A stretch of 63,108 nt of DNA, filler included, from Blastocystis sp. subtype 4 (GCF_000743755.1; 23 parts of 23 records of this genome joined end to end with filler, not necessarily neighbours in it), one strand, 5' to 3'; shown: positions 11,824 through 25,879, counted from the first letter of the whole stretch. The notes: generated by a model not told the origin, from the sequence alone. Program-made: numbers and translations.

Positions 11824-12480
11824 TCACTTCCACTGGAGTAGCAACAGTAGCAATAACAGCCACGGATTGTCATCAACTGCTTTTATGAAGAGAGCTCCAG
11901 CACTTTGAGCAGCAGATACTAGGCCAGTTCCTACACCAGTTGTCCATGCAGCACTCATAGCAGAAGCAGCTACAGAACCAGCAGCTATTCCAGGAGAACC
12001 GAAACCAAGAAAAGCAGATGCAGCACCTACAGCACCAGTAGTAGTAGCCACTCTAGTTCCAACACCAGCAGCTACTTCAGCAGCCTTCTTAGAAGAAAGA
12101 AGTGTTTCTTTCGCTCGTATTCCATCCCTGTACTCTCCTTGACATATTAGAGTACCCTTCTCATCATACTCAGAGAAAGGTCCATCCAAAACATCATTCT
12201 TCAATGTACACTCCAACTTATAACCATTATCATCAAAACAAGCACATTGTCCATTCAACTTATCATTTTGATAATTCAACATGCAAACAGGCTCGTCATT
12301 TCTTATGGACTTCATTTCAGCCTTTCCCTCTTTCTTTCCATCAACACATGTCACAGTAAGGTAATAGAATTCATCATTCTTCTTATACATATCTCCATTC
12401 TTATCAGAAGCAATATATTCAAATCCGTGAAGTGGATAATCTGGATTGAGTGAAGGATCTGAGCTCATAATTGTTGGCAA
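11824..12480 (-). CDS. MORN-variant repeat protein fused to an ISG12/IFI6/IFI27-like hydrophobic domain
   Basis: Repeats YQNDKLNG, LKNDVLDGPFSEYDEKG and GEYRDG, then GFGSPGIAAGSVAASAMSAAWTTGVGTGLVSAAQSAGA. Confidence 0.7.
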   Translation of the reverse strand: MPTIMSSDPSLNPDYPLHGFEYIASDKNGDMYKKNDEFYYLTVTCVDGKKEGKAEMKSIRNDEPVCMLNYQNDKLNGQCACFDDNGYKLECTLKNDVLDGPFSEYDEKGTLICQGEYRDGIRAKETLLSSKKAAEVAAGVGTRVATTTGAVGAASAFLGFGSPGIAAGSVAASAMSAAWTTGVGTGLVSAAQSAGALFIKAVDDNPWLLLLLLLLQWK

Positions 12481-12629
12481 CAGTGTAGTACAAATAGTAA
12501 TAGACTATTTCCTCAGATGCTGAACTCCTTACAGAATTATTGAGAATTTCATGTATACCAATAATCAAGCTAGATTACTGCAATTCCAGAAATCAAGAGA
12601 ATCAAACTCCAAGTTCAATTCTGTCCAAT

Positions 12630-13300
12630 TTGCTGATAATACTCTTTGAGATGAATGAAACTGTTTCGCCACTTCACAATAAGAGAATATGGAGACTTCA
12701 TCTTTTAAGGAAATGGTATGTATTGATAGTGACGTTCAACTATTCAATAATTAAAGCCATTAAGAAGTGGTTGCCAATTTCAAGTGATTACTATGGAATG
12801 GGGAATTCATACAACTTATTCTTTATTTCTAGCGAAATGAGATTTGTATGAGGTACTATAGTCATGAAGTATTGTCAAATCGTAAACAAAGCTTGGAGAG
12901 AGAATATCAGGATGAGGTATTATCAAAAAGGTAATGCATAAGTACTGGAGTATTCAGATGAGGATTGGAAGGTGATTGTTTGGTATTACAAGTTAGAAGC
13001 AAGATGGGTTACTGCTGTGTTGCAGAGGTTATATATGAGATTTCTTTACTGTATGAAGCATATTGAGTGAAGAGAGGAGAATCTATCGAGAGGACTTATA
13101 TCTGAAGGGAACGACCAGAATATTTGAGGACAAACTGCTTCATTATTGAATGAGTATTCATTGCTATGTTAAACCAGCATACTACTGAATGAGAATGGAT
13201 ATTCCATCTGAGAGAGTCACTTCAGCGAGTGTTTACGATAATATGGAGCCTTAGATTCATCCCTTTGAATCCTTATTCGTGAGATAGGAATAATGATTAT
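12630..13300 (+). pseudogene. Possible highly degraded hAT transposase relic
   Basis: Fragments ADNT..MNET, IKKWL..LLWNG and LEARWVTAVLQ..SLLYEA parallel TDNCSVMRGT, LKKML..TLWNN and CETRWYSAVLV..SLYES of the transposase at 36660-38615, in the same order. Confidence 0.35.
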
Positions 13301-13549
13301 TGTCTCATCTGTTCCCATGTTGACTATTCGGTATTCATGAAAACAGTTAACTTCTAACTACTCCTTTAGTACTATTTGTTTGGTTATCAATGGTTATTAC
13401 CAGTATCAGAGAATCATCACATCATTTACCTTCTTTGTTCTATCTTTTAAAAATGATTCTATCGTATTGATTTCGACTTCTGAGATGTGTGATGAAAGCA
13501 AAATAGACTACTTTTACAAAATGGAATCTATTCTATGAATTTCATTATT

Positions 13550-13761
13550 TCTTGAATGATGCATTCTTACTGAATGGAAGAATCAACACAATCACTTTGT
13601 TCTTAATCATCTTGCAGTTTGGTTCGAAATAATGATAACATAACTCATTTTGACACCTCTTCGACAATTAGGTTGTATAGCTAGTCAGGGTTGAAGTTTC
13701 ATGTTTTGACGGATTGTCTGGATTCAATTTGTATATGACATAGATTAATAGTCTACTACTT
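13550..13761 (+). repeat. Dispersed repeat family, copy B
   Basis: TGTATAGCTAGTCAGGGTTGAAGTTTCATGTTTTGACGGATTGTCTGGAT (13674) matches TGTATAGCTACCCAGGGTTGGAGGCCTATGCTTGCGACGGTTTGTCTGGAT (36546). Confidence 0.65.
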
Positions 13762-14031
13762 AGTATGAGATGAATAGAAAGAAGAATTGATGAATAGAAA
13801 CTGGATTTCATCATAAGAGTTCAGCAGTGAATATGATATAAGATTGTTGAATAGACACNNNNNNNNNNNNNNNNNNNNNNNNNNNNNNNNNNNNNNNNNN
13901 NNTTAATTAATTAANNNNNNNNNNNNNNNNNNNNNNNNNNNNNNNNNNNNNNNNNNNNTGAAATACTGACTTTCACTACTCTTATCTTATTCTATTTTAT
14001 CATCTCTTGATTATGAAATTCACAAACAATA

Positions 14032-15602
14032 TTAATCGATACACTTCTTTTGCAAGCCGGATAATACAAATGATAAAAAGACAGAAATGAGAGACAACAA
14101 GGAGAGAATACAGTATGATGATGCATGATTCAAGGGATAAGGATGATGTTCACCAATACTCCATGCAAACAAAGATGACAATATTGGAGGACCCTAAACG
14201 TAATGCAATTCACAAATACTAACAATGAATCGTCCAGTACCTCCTAGCATCTGCGATAATCCATATGATTTGGCCCTACATGATGGTGGACACGTCTGTG
14301 CAATTAACACGACACCAGAACTATTATTAAGGATGATTCCAAAAGAGAGTGAGAAAGGATATTTGAAAAGGATTGTACGGAATAGGTGGAACAGTGAAGC
14401 GGAGACGTACAACAGTACAATAATCAACTAAGAATAGATGGAAATAGAGTAGAATTACTTGATAGGACGAGAACTCGGTTACAAATGGTGTCCACAACAA
14501 TAACACCGTCTGGAGAGAGGAAATAAGAGAATAGGTTTTGGTTACAGACAAAGCTTCTGTCATAACTGGGAACACAATTACTAATGATCAATCTCCATCC
14601 TTTATGGTACAATTTCCAGCTTGCATTGGACATACAAAACATAGTAACCATCCAATATCCACTGCTGTCATATTCAAGCCTCCATCACTCCGATCCGCAG
14701 ATAACCATAACGAAATGAGAGAATCATATGATACTTGACACAATGCTTCAATTCCATACAGAATAACAGTAATGAGAATACTCCGATTTCGTAACAGATA
14801 CCAGTAGGTGTTACCTTGAAGTGTTGCTTCATCTGATAGAAGTGATTCGTGAGGGATATGAACATCACCAACGAACCACAGAACTCCAAGGAAACCTAGA
14901 TCAAAGTACTCCTAAAACGGTACAGAGAACCAGTCCAGATCCACAAATAATGAAAGGAAAACAGAATTGCCTCTTCAATAGAAGAGGGAAGTGATGAACG
15001 AGCCAAGTACTAAGGTTTTCTGGATTTGATAAATAACCACCTAAAAGAGGAGATACAGCGCTGAGAATGAGTCGAGATTGACACAACTACTTGCCTATGG
15101 CAACAGAGAGAAACATAAAACTGGAAGTTCGAGCAATTGTCTTTTTATCACTGTAATCACTGATTAGCGTTTTAATGAGTGCATAATGACCATCACAGAA
15201 TCCCCACAATAAGCGCAAAACAACCGCAATATAATAGTTTCTAATGAATGCAAACGCAAAAATAAATATAGAATCCACTATATGTCAATGGAACACAATA
15301 ATTCCAACACAATACGACAATACTCAACGGTTTCTTCCTCCCATACTTATCTGCAATCCAGCCCCAGAAAAGGCAACCTGGTAATTGACCCAAATAAAAG
15401 GCACTCATGATGTATCCTGCGTAATAGCCCAACTTTTTCTTATCCATCTGACATTAAATCGACTATATTGAATCTCTACATCAGGAAAGAAAGACGCAGT
15501 GATGAAAGACAGATCTGAATAGAACAGACCGTAAGTCAGTTGTTCCATAAGTAGAAGTGTCAATAATGTTATTAGCGCAATAACTGTCTTGCTTTCCATC
15601 AT
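14032..15602 (-). CDS. MFS transporter (DHA1/ZIFL-like), multi-exon
   Basis: GYYAGYIMSAFYLGQ, MFS motif A WGWIADKYGRK, RLLWGFCDG, PLLGGYLSNP and C-terminal GPPILSSLFAWS. TAA at 14032-14034. Confidence 0.88.
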
Positions 15603-15819
15603 CTTACAGCAAATGGACGTCTTGAAAGTATCGCATCAATACCGCGGGAGTTTATCCTTTTGAATGAGTAGCTTTCTAGTTAGTAACCTTGGCAAACAAT
15701 AGTTAAAATGATCAAAATAAGTGTACATTTCAACTTGGTACATGTATGGAGTATTGATACACAATCTGCAAGCACTGTATTACTGATAGAATTCCCCGTA
15801 TTTTTGTCAGCGTTTACCT

Positions 15820-17642
15820 ATGAAGCCTGGAACCATTTCATTCATTACTAGAATTATGATATGTGTTAGTAAATATTCAATACTGATTCTTGTTATGTTC
15901 TGTTTCTTTCGATTGCAATTACAGGTTCTTACTAACAGAAACTGTGATTCATATTCATATTCTATCTCTATATTGTATCTAAGAATAGTGGGAACAACAA
16001 TGAGGGTTTTCAATGAGTTTGGTTACTCTTCTTCTCATACTGAACATGATTACTCAAATGATTATGATTTCAATTCAACTGTAATTGATGGTGAGTATTC
16101 GTCTTTGTCTCCAAATGGTTTCTTTCCTACTGTTTCTTCTTCTGAGTTTCTAAATGGGAATTCAACATCAGATACAGTTTCTGATTCTTCTATCTTTCTT
16201 GATTCATTGAATTCGAGTTTTGAAAGAGTCATTCCTACAGTATCTTCTATTTCAACAATGAAACCGACTTTAGATTCATCTAATCATTCTATTGAATCAT
16301 CTATGATTTCATTCGTTAATAATATGACTTCTATTATGACTCCCATTTCTACTTCTACTTCTACTTCTACTCTTGAACCTATCAGATCTACTCTCGAACT
16401 TATTCTCAATCCTATCAGATCTACTCCTAAGCCTATCGATTCTATCAATTCTTCTATCAATTCCATCAATCTTATTCCCAAACCAAATACACTTCATTCA
16501 TCATCAACTACAACAATTCATTCTTCAAAACGAAATTCTACAGTATCACATTCTTCATTCAAACGATCTCGAATCAGAACATACTACAATTGGGGTGATC
16601 ATATTAGTTAGTATTCAATGTTCTCTTGATTTCTAGATTATAATCAGAAGTGTAAGATTATTCTTAAGAGAATCACTAATCCAAACAACTACAAGATCTT
16701 ACATAATGGATCTCCTGGAGGACTGGGTCACAAGTACTTGTCTGTCTTCTATGCACTTACCTATGCTATTCTGGCTAAACGTCATTTGTTAAGTAGAATT
16801 GATTGATTAAATTGATTCTAGTTTATCTTCCTCCGAACTTCTGGATCAATACTGCTAATTGTATCACAGCTGATCAATCATTTTTGATCACTAACGTGTC
16901 CAATCTGTCCACTGGATATAGGATCGTCACAAGGCAGAAATGTTACTCATCAACAGTACACTCAATTACCCAAGTATTAGGAAATAACGATGTAGTGACT
17001 ATTGATTGTCGAATCTCAGATAAGATTATTGGTTCTAATTCAAATATTCACACATTACAACAAAATGGAATCATTTCATACTTCGAATCATATAAGGATT
17101 ATACACGATACATGTATCGAATTCTTCTCAATCCATCAATTGAACTTCAAAGAGTCATTCATCATAACAAACGAGTATTATTCACTCGAAAGTATGTTAT
17201 TGGAGTTCAAATTCGAATGGGAGGATGTTTGGCTGATTTCCATGAGATGACAATGAGTCAATTGAGAGCTCTTCCTCATACAATCGTGACAATGATGCGA
17301 AATTGGAACTACAATTCAAACAACACAGTGATCTATCTGTCTACTGATTCTTCTTATGCTGAGAGGTATATTCGACAGAAATTGGGCCCAGAATATGAAA
17401 TTGGAGTATCGAAGACATTCAAACGATCCCATTCTCGAAGTTTGGGTAATGATGAACCAGTGAAGAATGCTCTTGTTGATTTGTATCTGTTAGCAGATAC
17501 AGATGGCTTGATAGTATGTGAAGGAAGTGGATTTGGTCGAGTTGCTTTATCAATAACCCGAGCTCAACATACTTTGGTGTATAATGTTACTCATTCCATT
17601 ATTCCAAATTTAAAGGTTAGTTGTAAGAGAAATGTCATTTAG
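15820..17642 (+). CDS. Fucosyltransferase-like glycosyltransferase with Ser/Thr-rich stem (multi-exon; start uncertain)
   Basis: GGLGHK, IGVQIRMG, IYLSTDS and ALVDLYLL..D..I...SGFG match motifs I-III of the alpha2/alpha6-fucosyltransferase superfamily. Confidence 0.7.
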
Positions 17643-18177
17643 ATAGTGATTGTTTCAAACAGAAGACTCACGAATGAACTCTTCCATATATTGATAGTTG
17701 TTTATGTATACAGTCGATTTCAATATTATATCCACCCAACCACCTAGTACATTACTTGTCCAGACACTTATTTCAAAGTGAAATGCCCTAAACGCATTGT
17801 CTCAGTCGAAGATATCTTTGGATCAGATACTTCTCTTACAGAGTGCCATTCATTTTCTTCATCTCTTCCTTCTTGTCTACGATTTCATTTCAATTAGCGT
17901 AATCTTGAATGTAGTTTATAGGAGCTTATTAATACAACTTGAGATAATAGATTAGAATTGGGACCAAAGAGGCACTATGTGATAACATCATAGTTGTGAG
18001 GACAACCTCTATTGAGTAAGAACACTAATATCTTTATGGACAGTGCACTTTGTTAGGAGAGTTTATTGTACACTATACATAATCAAAGAAAACCAATATA
18101 CTGAGTATTATCTGCAACAATATTCCACTAGAAATAGTAAATTCCCGTGGGTTAGTTTCCGGATAATTAATGAATTT

Positions 18178-18384
18178 TTACCTGTGAAGCCTGGAACCAT
18201 TTCATTCATTACTAGAATTATGATATGTGTTAGTAAATACTCAATACTGATTCTTGTTATGTTCTGTTTCTCTCAGATTCGATTGCAGGTTCTTACTAAC
18301 AGAAACTGTGATTCATATTCATATTCTATCTCTATATTGTATCTAAGAATAGTGGGAACAACAATGAGGGTTTTCAATGAGTTT
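18178..18384 (+). repeat. Tandem duplicate of the 5' end (15814-16020) of the fucosyltransferase-like gene, cut by gap
   Basis: Near-identical AAGCCTGGAACCATTTCATTC...GTTTTCAATGAGTTT. Confidence 0.9.
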
Positions 18385-18732
18385 NNNNNNNNNNNNNNNN
18401 NNNNNNNNNNNNNNNNNNNNNNNNNNNNTTAATTAATTAANNNNNNNNNNNNNNNNNNNNNNNNNNNNNNNNNNNNNNNNNNNNTTAACTGAATGTATAC
18501 TCGAAATACTTGATAGATATGATTCTCCTTCTCTATTGGAATTCATCAAGCCTAATGGATATTTCCTTCTATTAACCAATAACATGATAACAAGAATGAC
18601 TCAAAACAGTTGTAATGAAGGTTACAGTTCGCATGATTCCAATCAGTTTCAGATCATTAGCTTAGATATGATTGTCATCCTTTATTGGGATTCTCATCAA
18701 ACTAATCAAACAAACAAGTAAAAACAACAAAC

Positions 18733-20681
18733 TCAATCAGTCAGCGCAGCAAAGGCCTTATCAATATCCTCGAATAGACCCTGGAACTTTCCATTCATCT
18801 CCTCCACAGGCATCTTAGGATGATAGAACTTCATCGAGGTGATCTGATAGATGAGATCAGTCATATTACTCTTTATCATGGCCCAAGTGATCTTTGCATC
18901 CACAGGAGAGTCTTTGATAGCCTTCATGCAACAATCATAGAAATGGGTGATCACTCGAAGCATACCAACTGACTTGTGAAGAGGAGATGTGAAGTCATAA
19001 TCAGAATAAGCATTCTGTTGAAGGAAATCTTCACGAATAATCTTTGCTACCTCCATAATCACCTTTTGGTCCTCTGACAGAGATTCCTTACCCACCAACT
19101 GCACAATCTCTTGAAGGTTATCTTCCTCCTGGAGGATCTGACGCACACGATTACGCATCGAGATGAAGTCTGCATCCATGGAGGAGAAGAATGGCTCCAA
19201 CACACGATCATACTTACTGTAACTCACCAGCCAGTTGATAGCAGGGAAGTGCTTACGTTGAGCCAGCTTCTTCTCCAGACCCCAGAACACCTGTACAATA
19301 GACAGAGTGGCAGAAGTGACAGGATCCGAGAAATCTCCACCTGGAGGCGATACAGCTCCTACCACTGTCACTGAACCCTCACGCTCAGGAGAACCCATAA
19401 GACGAGCACGACCTGCTCGCTCGTAGAATGCAGCCAGACGAGCTGACAAATAAGCAGGATAACCACTATCAGCAGGCATTTCACCCAGACGACCTGAGAT
19501 TTCACGCAGAGCCTCAGCCCATCGAGAGGATGAATCAGCCATCATAGCCACATTCATTCCCATATCACGGAAATACTCAGCAATAGTAATACCAGTATAG
19601 ATAGAAGCTTCACGAGCAGCCACAGGCATGTTGGATGTATTGGCCACCAGACAGGTTCGGTTCATAATACCAATCTCCTTACCATTCAACTCTGTCTTTA
19701 ACTCAGGGAACTCATACAACACTTCAGCCATCTCATTGCCACGTTCACCACATCCCACATACACAATACAGTTCGTATTGGCATACTTGGAGAGAGCCTG
19801 ACTGATCACAGTCTTACCACAACCGAAGGCACCAGGAATACAACAAGTACCTCCCAACACAGAAGGGAACAAAGTATCAATGATACGCTGACCAGTGATC
19901 AGAGGATGATTACCAGGCAGCTTCTCAATCACAGGACGAGGAGATCGTACAGGCCACAAGTGGGACATCGTCAGTTTCGTCACAACACCTGTCGTCTCAT
20001 CACGTACCTCCAACAGAGTATCTTCCAATGTCATCTCTTCCTTTCCATCTGTTTCACCTCCATATACCTTCACCACAGTACCCTTGTAGTTGGGAGGGCA
20101 CATGATGTTGTGCTCTGGAATCAACTCATTCTCATATACTTGACCGAAAATGTCACCTCCACTGATGATATCTCCTTCCTTGAAGTGAAGAGGCTTGTAC
20201 AGCCATTTACGTTGTCTAGGAATTATTGATACTACGTACAATCCACCTGTTTAACGCAGGAACATCGGCTCCTCTTGGAATGAAAGGAGAGTGGGAGTTG
20301 TTGTAAATTACCTCCAGAGGACGCTGAATACCATCGAAAATGTTGGACATGATTCCAGGTCCCAGTTCCACCGACAGAGGAGAATTCGTGCGCAAAACAG
20401 GATCACCAACAGTCAATCCAGCTACGACTCATTCAATCCAATCACTATAAACCTGTCTCCTCGTAACACTGAATAGATGCCGTATCTCCTTCCAGTTTGA
20501 TAATCTCTCCCACCAGACGATCATATCCCACTCTAACCAGTTCATACATACTAGAACCAGACATATGGTCAGCAACAACCACTATTCATTATCCAACTGT
20601 TCATTCAAGCATACGAGGTCCAGACACCTTCAGAACGTATCCGAACATACTCTCTTTCTCTTCATCATTGTAGGAAGGCAT
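18733..20681 (-). CDS. ATP6V1A: V-type H+-ATPase catalytic subunit A
   Basis: GAFGCGKT P-loop, [29 protein letters not shown] and [12 protein letters not shown]. 5' exons read [22 protein letters not shown]; no intein. Confidence 0.97.
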
Positions 20682-21071
20682 TTTGACAAGTCGTAAGCGC
20701 TACTAACTACAGAATCTGGAGAACAGAAGGATGCAAAACGGGGAAATGGAGAAACCATTCAATTTGGAACAAACAACACATCGAATTCTTATCAACAGCA
20801 CCCTAATCACTTCGTGAAGCAATTTACTTGCGAGCAGGCTTCTTAGCCTTTCGGTTCTTGATCTCACTACAAACTCACTTTACTAACACAAACCATACGC
20901 AAGAGCAGCTTCCTTCGACTTNNNNNNNNNNNNNNNNNNNNNNNNNNNNNNNNNNNNNNNNNNNNTTAATTAATTAANNNNNNNNNNNNNNNNNNNNNNN
21001 NNNNNNNNNNNNNNNNNNNNNGTTTCTTTGCGGTATTAGGAATAGATGTGAATTACTCAACTATCCACCGA

Positions 21072-23439
21072 ATGGCTCTGAATATTGAATCAGTCCTTGG
21101 AGACAAGGCTCAATTCCTCACCAAGGAGGAGACAGGAGTAATGAACAACATGGCAGCACTTGTTCTGATTGACGGTATTGCTATTGTTGATGAAGAGAAA
21201 GCAAAGAAACTGACTCTCTTCTTGCTGAAGCGTATTCTTCCTTTTGGTTCTGTTGTCAGGAACGATATCTACATTCCTATGGATCCTACGACGAAAATGA
21301 GTTTGGGGTAGGATGGATGTGTTGATGTTTAATGAAATGAATCTAACAAGTTGGGTAGAATTGCTATTCTTGAGATGAAAAGTGCAGAGGAAGCTCAGAA
21401 GCTGATAAAGGGATTAGATAATACTCCGATGGATAAATCACATACGTTTCATCTATATAAATATGCTGACATTGTTGCCTGTTTGGAAGATCAGGATGAA
21501 ACTGCCCTTCCATCCAAAGAGTCGTATCCTCCCCTTGTTAAGGCGTCTACGGTAATGTGGGACTTGAGATTGCTAGTGATTCTTAGGGAGGGCTTACACA
21601 ACTGGATGAAGGATTCTCAGCAGCGTGATCAGTTCTTAGTTCGTCATCAGAACAGAACAGAGATCTTCTGGAGTGACGTTCCAGAACCTGTCTGTGTGAA
21701 CAACGGTGAAAAGGATGAAATCTCGGCTTCTTTGGATACTGTTCGATGGACTCCATTGGGAAGCTATCTGGTTTCGTTCCATGCAAAGGGTGTGATTCTG
21801 CGTGGTGGAGATAACTTCGTTCAGTGTGCTCGTTTCCCTCATACTGGTGTACGTGAGATGGATTTCAGTTCCCAGGAGCGTTATGCAGTATCATGGAACG
21901 GACAGATGGGAGTAACAAATCGTGAGGCTGTATGTGTGTGGGAGGTTCCTTCAGGTCAACTATTGCGTAAGTTCCCTTGTACAGAACCTGTATGGCCATC
22001 CTTCGCTTTCTCTGCAGATGAGCAGTTCCTAGCTTCCAAAGGATCGAATGGTATTGGAATGTGAGTGTGGAGATGTGTGTTGAGGGATAGTTTTGCCCTG
22101 CCATCTATGCAGATGGTACCAAAGTCGTGTTTCGGTGTTTCGAATATAAAGGAATTCAAATGGTCACCCAGAGACTCAATTCTGGCTTATGTGATTCCAG
22201 AGATCAGTGGAAAGCCGGCTACAGTAGTGCTGTTGGATGTTTTGACAGATCGGCGTGTACAGAGTGTATCCTTCACCAATGTGAATGATGTGAGTGTCAG
22301 AATAGAGAATGATTCTTAGATCTCCATTCACTGGTCACCCAATGGTGACTTCCTGGCTGTGAAGGCGGTGCGTTATCCAAAGAAGAAGAGTAAGACACTC
22401 ACTTATCAGATCAGCATTGTTCGTTTGTGTGAGAAGAATGCTCCTGTGGAGGTAATGGAAGAGAATTAGAATGAACTGTAGACCTTGCCTGTTGCTGATG
22501 CAATCAATCAGTTCGCATGGGAACCTCTGAATACTCGATTTGCTGTTCTCACAACAGACAAGGTAGGAAGTCGTAATGTGAGTTTCTACAGCGTGTTCAC
22601 CACCAAAGGAGGTGAGACTCTGAATGAAGTGTCATTACTCTGTGATCTCTATGATTGCTTGTGATCTCTAGATACTGTTACTAATAAGCCCTGTAATAAT
22701 ATCTATTGGTGTCCCATGGGTAATTATATCCTATTCGCGGGAATTGGGGTATATTATCATTGTTCTCTGTCATGTCTAGAGTGCTCTGAAAGGTCGTCTT
22801 GAGTTCTGGGATGTCTCAGGTCAAGCATCACTCAACGTCCAGGAACATTTCACGTGAGACAGAGAGAAGAGAATGATTTGTAGGTGTACAGGTGTTGAAT
22901 GGTCTCCCAATGGTCATTTCTGTGTATCATCTTCCTGTTACAATGAGAATACTAAGCAGGATGTGACAATAAGAAGCATGTCTTATTTCTAGTATGAGAA
23001 TGGATACGATATATGGGATAACCGCGGGGAAAAGATCTTCCAGCAACGTTATCCTCGTTTCTCGAGTTTCCAGTTCCGTCCATGGCCTATGGTGTGTCTG
23101 ACGGATTCAATCAAAAGGGTGAGTGAAGAGAGAAAGACTGAGTTTTAGGAAGTGAAGAAGGATATGTATGACCTGAGCGAGAAGTATCGTAAGATGAACG
23201 AACAGTTAGAGATGCTAAAGCACATTGGTGAGATTCGCAAGAAGCTCGACTTTATTGATACGTTCAGAGCGAAGCGAGAAGCGATGTTGAAGAAGAAGAA
23301 GGAGATTGATCAAGAGCGTGCCAAGTTGTATACCGTGGATCGGGAGATGGCTGTAGAGTAGGAATGAAACAGAGAAACGATGTTTAGAGTGAGTTATGTG
23401 GAAGGAGAAGTGATTGAGGAAAGTGAAACGATCGTTTAA
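21072..23439 (+). CDS. EIF3B: Translation initiation factor 3 subunit B (multi-exon)
   Basis: RRM (LIDGIAIVDEEKAKKL...MDKSHTF), then RDQF, WTPLGSYLVSFHAKGVILRGG, FAWEP and LEFWD; TAA at 23437-23439. Confidence 0.92.
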
Positions 23440-23543
23440 TTGGNNNNNNNNNNNNNNNNNNNNNNNNNNNNNNNNNNNNNNNNNNNNTTAATTAATTAAN
23501 NNNNNNNNNNNNNNNNNNNNNNNNNNNNNNNNNNNNNNNNNNN

Positions 23544-25879
23544 TTGATGAGAGTGAATGAGAATTGAGAATAATGAAGATTGGATAGAGGAATAATGACT
23601 AGAATGGAGATTGTGAATTGAGTTGATCCAACTTGATTGGATACTTGAATGGTGATGTTTGTGAGAGGAATAGAAGATAGAGGCGTTCCAGATATGATTC
23701 CTGTTGATGAATGGAATGATAGACCAATAGGAAGAGATCCAGATATAATGGAGAATGACAGATCATCTCCATTGACTATAGGAGAGATAGAGAATGGACT
23801 GTCCTTTGATAGAGCATATGAAGATTGAGAATAAGAGAATGAAGTGATAGGAGTGAGAACAATGAATGAAAGAGAAAATGATTGATCACTCACTTGATTG
23901 AATGCTTTGATAGTGACTGATTGAGATGATACTGATTGAGAAGGAGTTCCTGATATCATTCCAGTTGTTGAATTGATAGATAGACCAATAGGAAGAGATC
24001 CTGAGATGATTGAGAATGATAGATTATCTCCATTGACTGTAGGAATGATTGAAACAGGATCATCTCTTGATAGAACATAAGATGATTGAGAATAAGAGAA
24101 TGAAGATATAGGAGTGATAACAGTGAATGAAAGAACAACAGTTTCAATTGCTGTTCCACTCATTGCTTCGATTGTGACTGATTGAGAAGAGAGTAATTGA
24201 GAAGGAGATCCAGAGATGACTCCAGTTGATGGATTGATAGATAGACCAATAGGAAGTGATCCTGAGACAATGGAGATAGTAGAGACTTTGGTGAGATTGG
24301 GAGTGATAGAGAAGGATAATCCTTGACCAAGAGTGAGATTGGTTTGAGGATATGAGATGAGATGAATGATATCAATAGAAATAGGACGAGCGACTATGAA
24401 TGAACCAGATACAGCAGTGATAGTGTAAAGAGATGAATAGGAGGAGAGATATCCAGAGATAGAACAAGAAGAAGGATTAAGAATGAGTCCTTGAGGAAGA
24501 GGAGGAGTGATCATACAATTCGTTATACCATTCATATCAATTGTTAATGAAAATGAATCATTAATGAAGAATGAATAGGAGGATTGAGGAAGAAGAGTAG
24601 CGTCTCGATTACAGGTCATGAATTGAAGTTCATGGATTGAGGCAAATTCAGTTGATTGAACAGAATTGACAGTGAACTTGATTGATTTGAATTGTGAAGG
24701 AGAATTCAATGACCATTGTTTCCATGAGTATCGATTATAAGTCTGACCAGATTGAGTAGTCCAAGAAGAATCAGAATCGCTTCCTGATACAATGAATGAA
24801 GATGGAGACTCACTTGGAGCACTACCAGTATATAATCGAATAGAATTGATAAGAGGAATGATAGTTCCAAATGAACCAATCACATATCTAGGAAGAGAAG
24901 AACGACGAATGAATGTAACATAATTCCACTGGTAATCAAATGCTCCTGAGAGATCATTCAATGTTCCAGAAGCAGAGATAGAATGAGGATAAACAGAACA
25001 AGGATTATCAGTAGAAATGCCAGATTGATAAGAAATGAAAGAATTGAAATCGATAGTTCTTTCATTAACAGAAGTGAAATGAAGTTCAACAGAGATAACA
25101 GATTGATTGAATTGAGCATAGAAAGCAGGAAGAATGATTCCTCGATAAGAAGAATAAGAATATGAATTAGTAGCGAGAGTGGAATTATCAATAGTCCCAT
25201 CAGGCATATTGTCTCTGAATACTTCAATTCCATTGATATAAGCAATGATACCATGAGAATAGTAGAATTGAATATCGATAGAAGCCATTCCAGTGATTCC
25301 ATTGAATGATTTCCTGAAGTACTGAGTATTGTATGAAGTGATAGAAGAAGATCCGAGAATGATTGATATCCATTGATTATCATTGAATGAATTGGTATTC
25401 CAGAGAGAATGATAACTATCACTGTATCTCCAATTACCATTCTTATTGATAGGAGAATACAGAGCAAATAGATAACTCTCTTCACTTACACCACAACTCA
25501 TGATGTTCTTGAAGATAGTATTATCATTGATATCATTCATTGAGATCCATCCACCTCCATCCCATCCCCTACTATTTGAATCTTTCATGATAAGAGTGTA
25601 GATATGATTAGAAGAAGCATTCAAACAGACTTCATACACATATTCTTGATGTTGTTTACTGCATCGAGGAGAAGTGAATAGAGTAGATGATCCAGAAACA
25701 ATCTCAAATGACTCTCCAAAAGGATAATAACCACCACTCTTCATAGTGATCTTAACATAATGTTGATTAGATGAACATTGAATAGAGTAAGAAAGGATAA
25801 CTAGAAATGAGAGTAGAATGAAGAATGAAACAGAATGTGAAGAATAGAATGAGATGATTGATACTACAATCAACAACAA
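23544..25879 (-). CDS. Surface protein with tandem putative-Ig (He_PIG-like) repeats; 3'-truncated
   Basis: AYINGIEVFRDNMPDG domain plus repeats of FSIISGSLPIGLSINxxTGxISGTP. Confidence 0.8.

Noticed and set aside
18733..20241. Intein in V-ATPase A, as in yeast VMA1
   Set aside because: The sequence is contiguous across [11 protein letters not shown], with no insertion.
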